Origin: an uncultured Candidatus Saccharibacteria bacterium
GTDB taxonomy: Bacteria > Patescibacteriota > Saccharimonadia > Saccharimonadales > JALRHH01
DNA length: 64,000 nt
Direction of reading: 5' to 3'
Assembly (NCBI GenBank): GCA_964474995.1
Contig: CAYYUY010000004.1
Span: forward strand, 23,857 to 87,856
The translations under genes and the position numbers were made by a program. Shown one piece after another: positions 63,671 through 64,000 of the stretch (within the stretch, counting starts at the first letter, position 1; every line of letters starts with the position of its first letter). The notes under the pieces were generated by a model. The model was given only the letters and a program-made list of their open reading frames with translations. It was not told the origin of the DNA and did not search any database.

Positions 63671-64000
63671 ATGTCGGAGAATATATTGCATCCAAAAATC
63701 GTAGTTATCGGTGGGGGAACTGGTAGTTTCACGCTACTGCGTTCGCTCAAGCGCCGGACGCCAAATGTCACCGCGCTTGTAGCGATGTTCGATAGCGGTG
63801 GTAGTAGCGGTCAGCTGCGTGACGAATACGGCGTATTACCGCCCGGTGATGTTCGCCAATGTTTGGTAGCGCTCGCTAATGAGCCAAAAATTCGTGACGT
63901 GTTTAATTATCGCTTTGGTGAGGGTGGACTAGAGGGTCATAGTTTTGGAAACTTATTTTTATCTGCAGTCGAAAAGGTCACGGATGACTTTGATGAGGCA
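63671..64000 (+). CDS. YvcK/CofD-like (UPF0052, gluconeogenesis factor) protein, 3'-truncated by window edge
   Basis: Hand translation from ATG 63671 gives KIVVIGGGTGSFTLLRSLK..VAMFDSGGSSGQLRDEYGVLPPGDVRQCLVAL..GHSFGNLFL. The frame is open to nt 64000, and the ORF is absent from the ORF track. Confidence 0.8.
   Translation, partial: MSENILHPKIVVIGGGTGSFTLLRSLKRRTPNVTALVAMFDSGGSSGQLRDEYGVLPPGDVRQCLVALANEPKIRDVFNYRFGEGGLEGHSFGNLFLSAVEKVTDDFDEA

Noticed and set aside
1-64000. Search for tRNA, rRNA, CRISPR repeats, IS/transposase, integrase and prophage genes
   Set aside because: None was recognised. No T-arm-like GGTTCGAATCC motifs occur in intergenic DNA, there are no regularly spaced direct repeats, and no DDE or tyrosine-recombinase motifs appear in any ORF.

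Overview
This is a gene-dense 64-kb window with about 76 CDS, roughly 85% on the + strand, and many 1-4 nt start/stop overlaps. I found no rRNA, tRNA, CRISPR array, transposase or integrase by eye.

Content is mostly core housekeeping. Translation: rpsB-tsf, frr, rpmE, rpmA, prfA-prmC, prfB, hpf, greA, and proS/lysS/serS/glyQS. Secretion and division: lepB, secA, ftsEX. Cell envelope: LCP, uppS, rseP, FemAB, Ctp, HtrA and a CHAP hydrolase. DNA: parB, xseAB, recO, rnhA.

The Firmicute-like synteny (hpf-secA-prfB-ftsEX-hydrolase-ctp; rpsB-tsf-frr-uppS-rseP-proS), the monoderm wall genes, a class I LysRS and the many small acidic orphan proteins suggest a reduced-genome monoderm. A Saccharibacteria/Patescibacteria-like lineage is possible, but that is inference only.

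Most notable observations:
1. A heliorhodopsin-like 7-TM protein carries a ~65-aa histone-H1-like K/T/A-rich N-terminal tail and sits next to FMN reductase, DUF427 and MsrA.
2. A two-component-like pair has both phospho-sites substituted (His to Glu in the kinase-like protein, Asp to Glu in the receiver) and is translationally coupled to recO.
3. Two tandem small-protein paralogues exist; the upstream copy has an in-frame TGA exactly where the downstream copy has TGG (Trp), and homology continues past it.
4. An accessory islet at 57.9-62.3 kb includes a possible DUF4868/KwaB-like protein with an unknown partner.
5. A two-gene insertion (secreted EEP nuclease/phosphatase plus an orphan) sits where pyrH normally lies in the rpsB-tsf-frr cluster.
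6. A -10 box lies 6-11 nt from the start codon at many genes, suggesting leaderless mRNAs.
7. Stop-codon usage is TAG-rich and TGA-poor, and prfB is unframeshifted.
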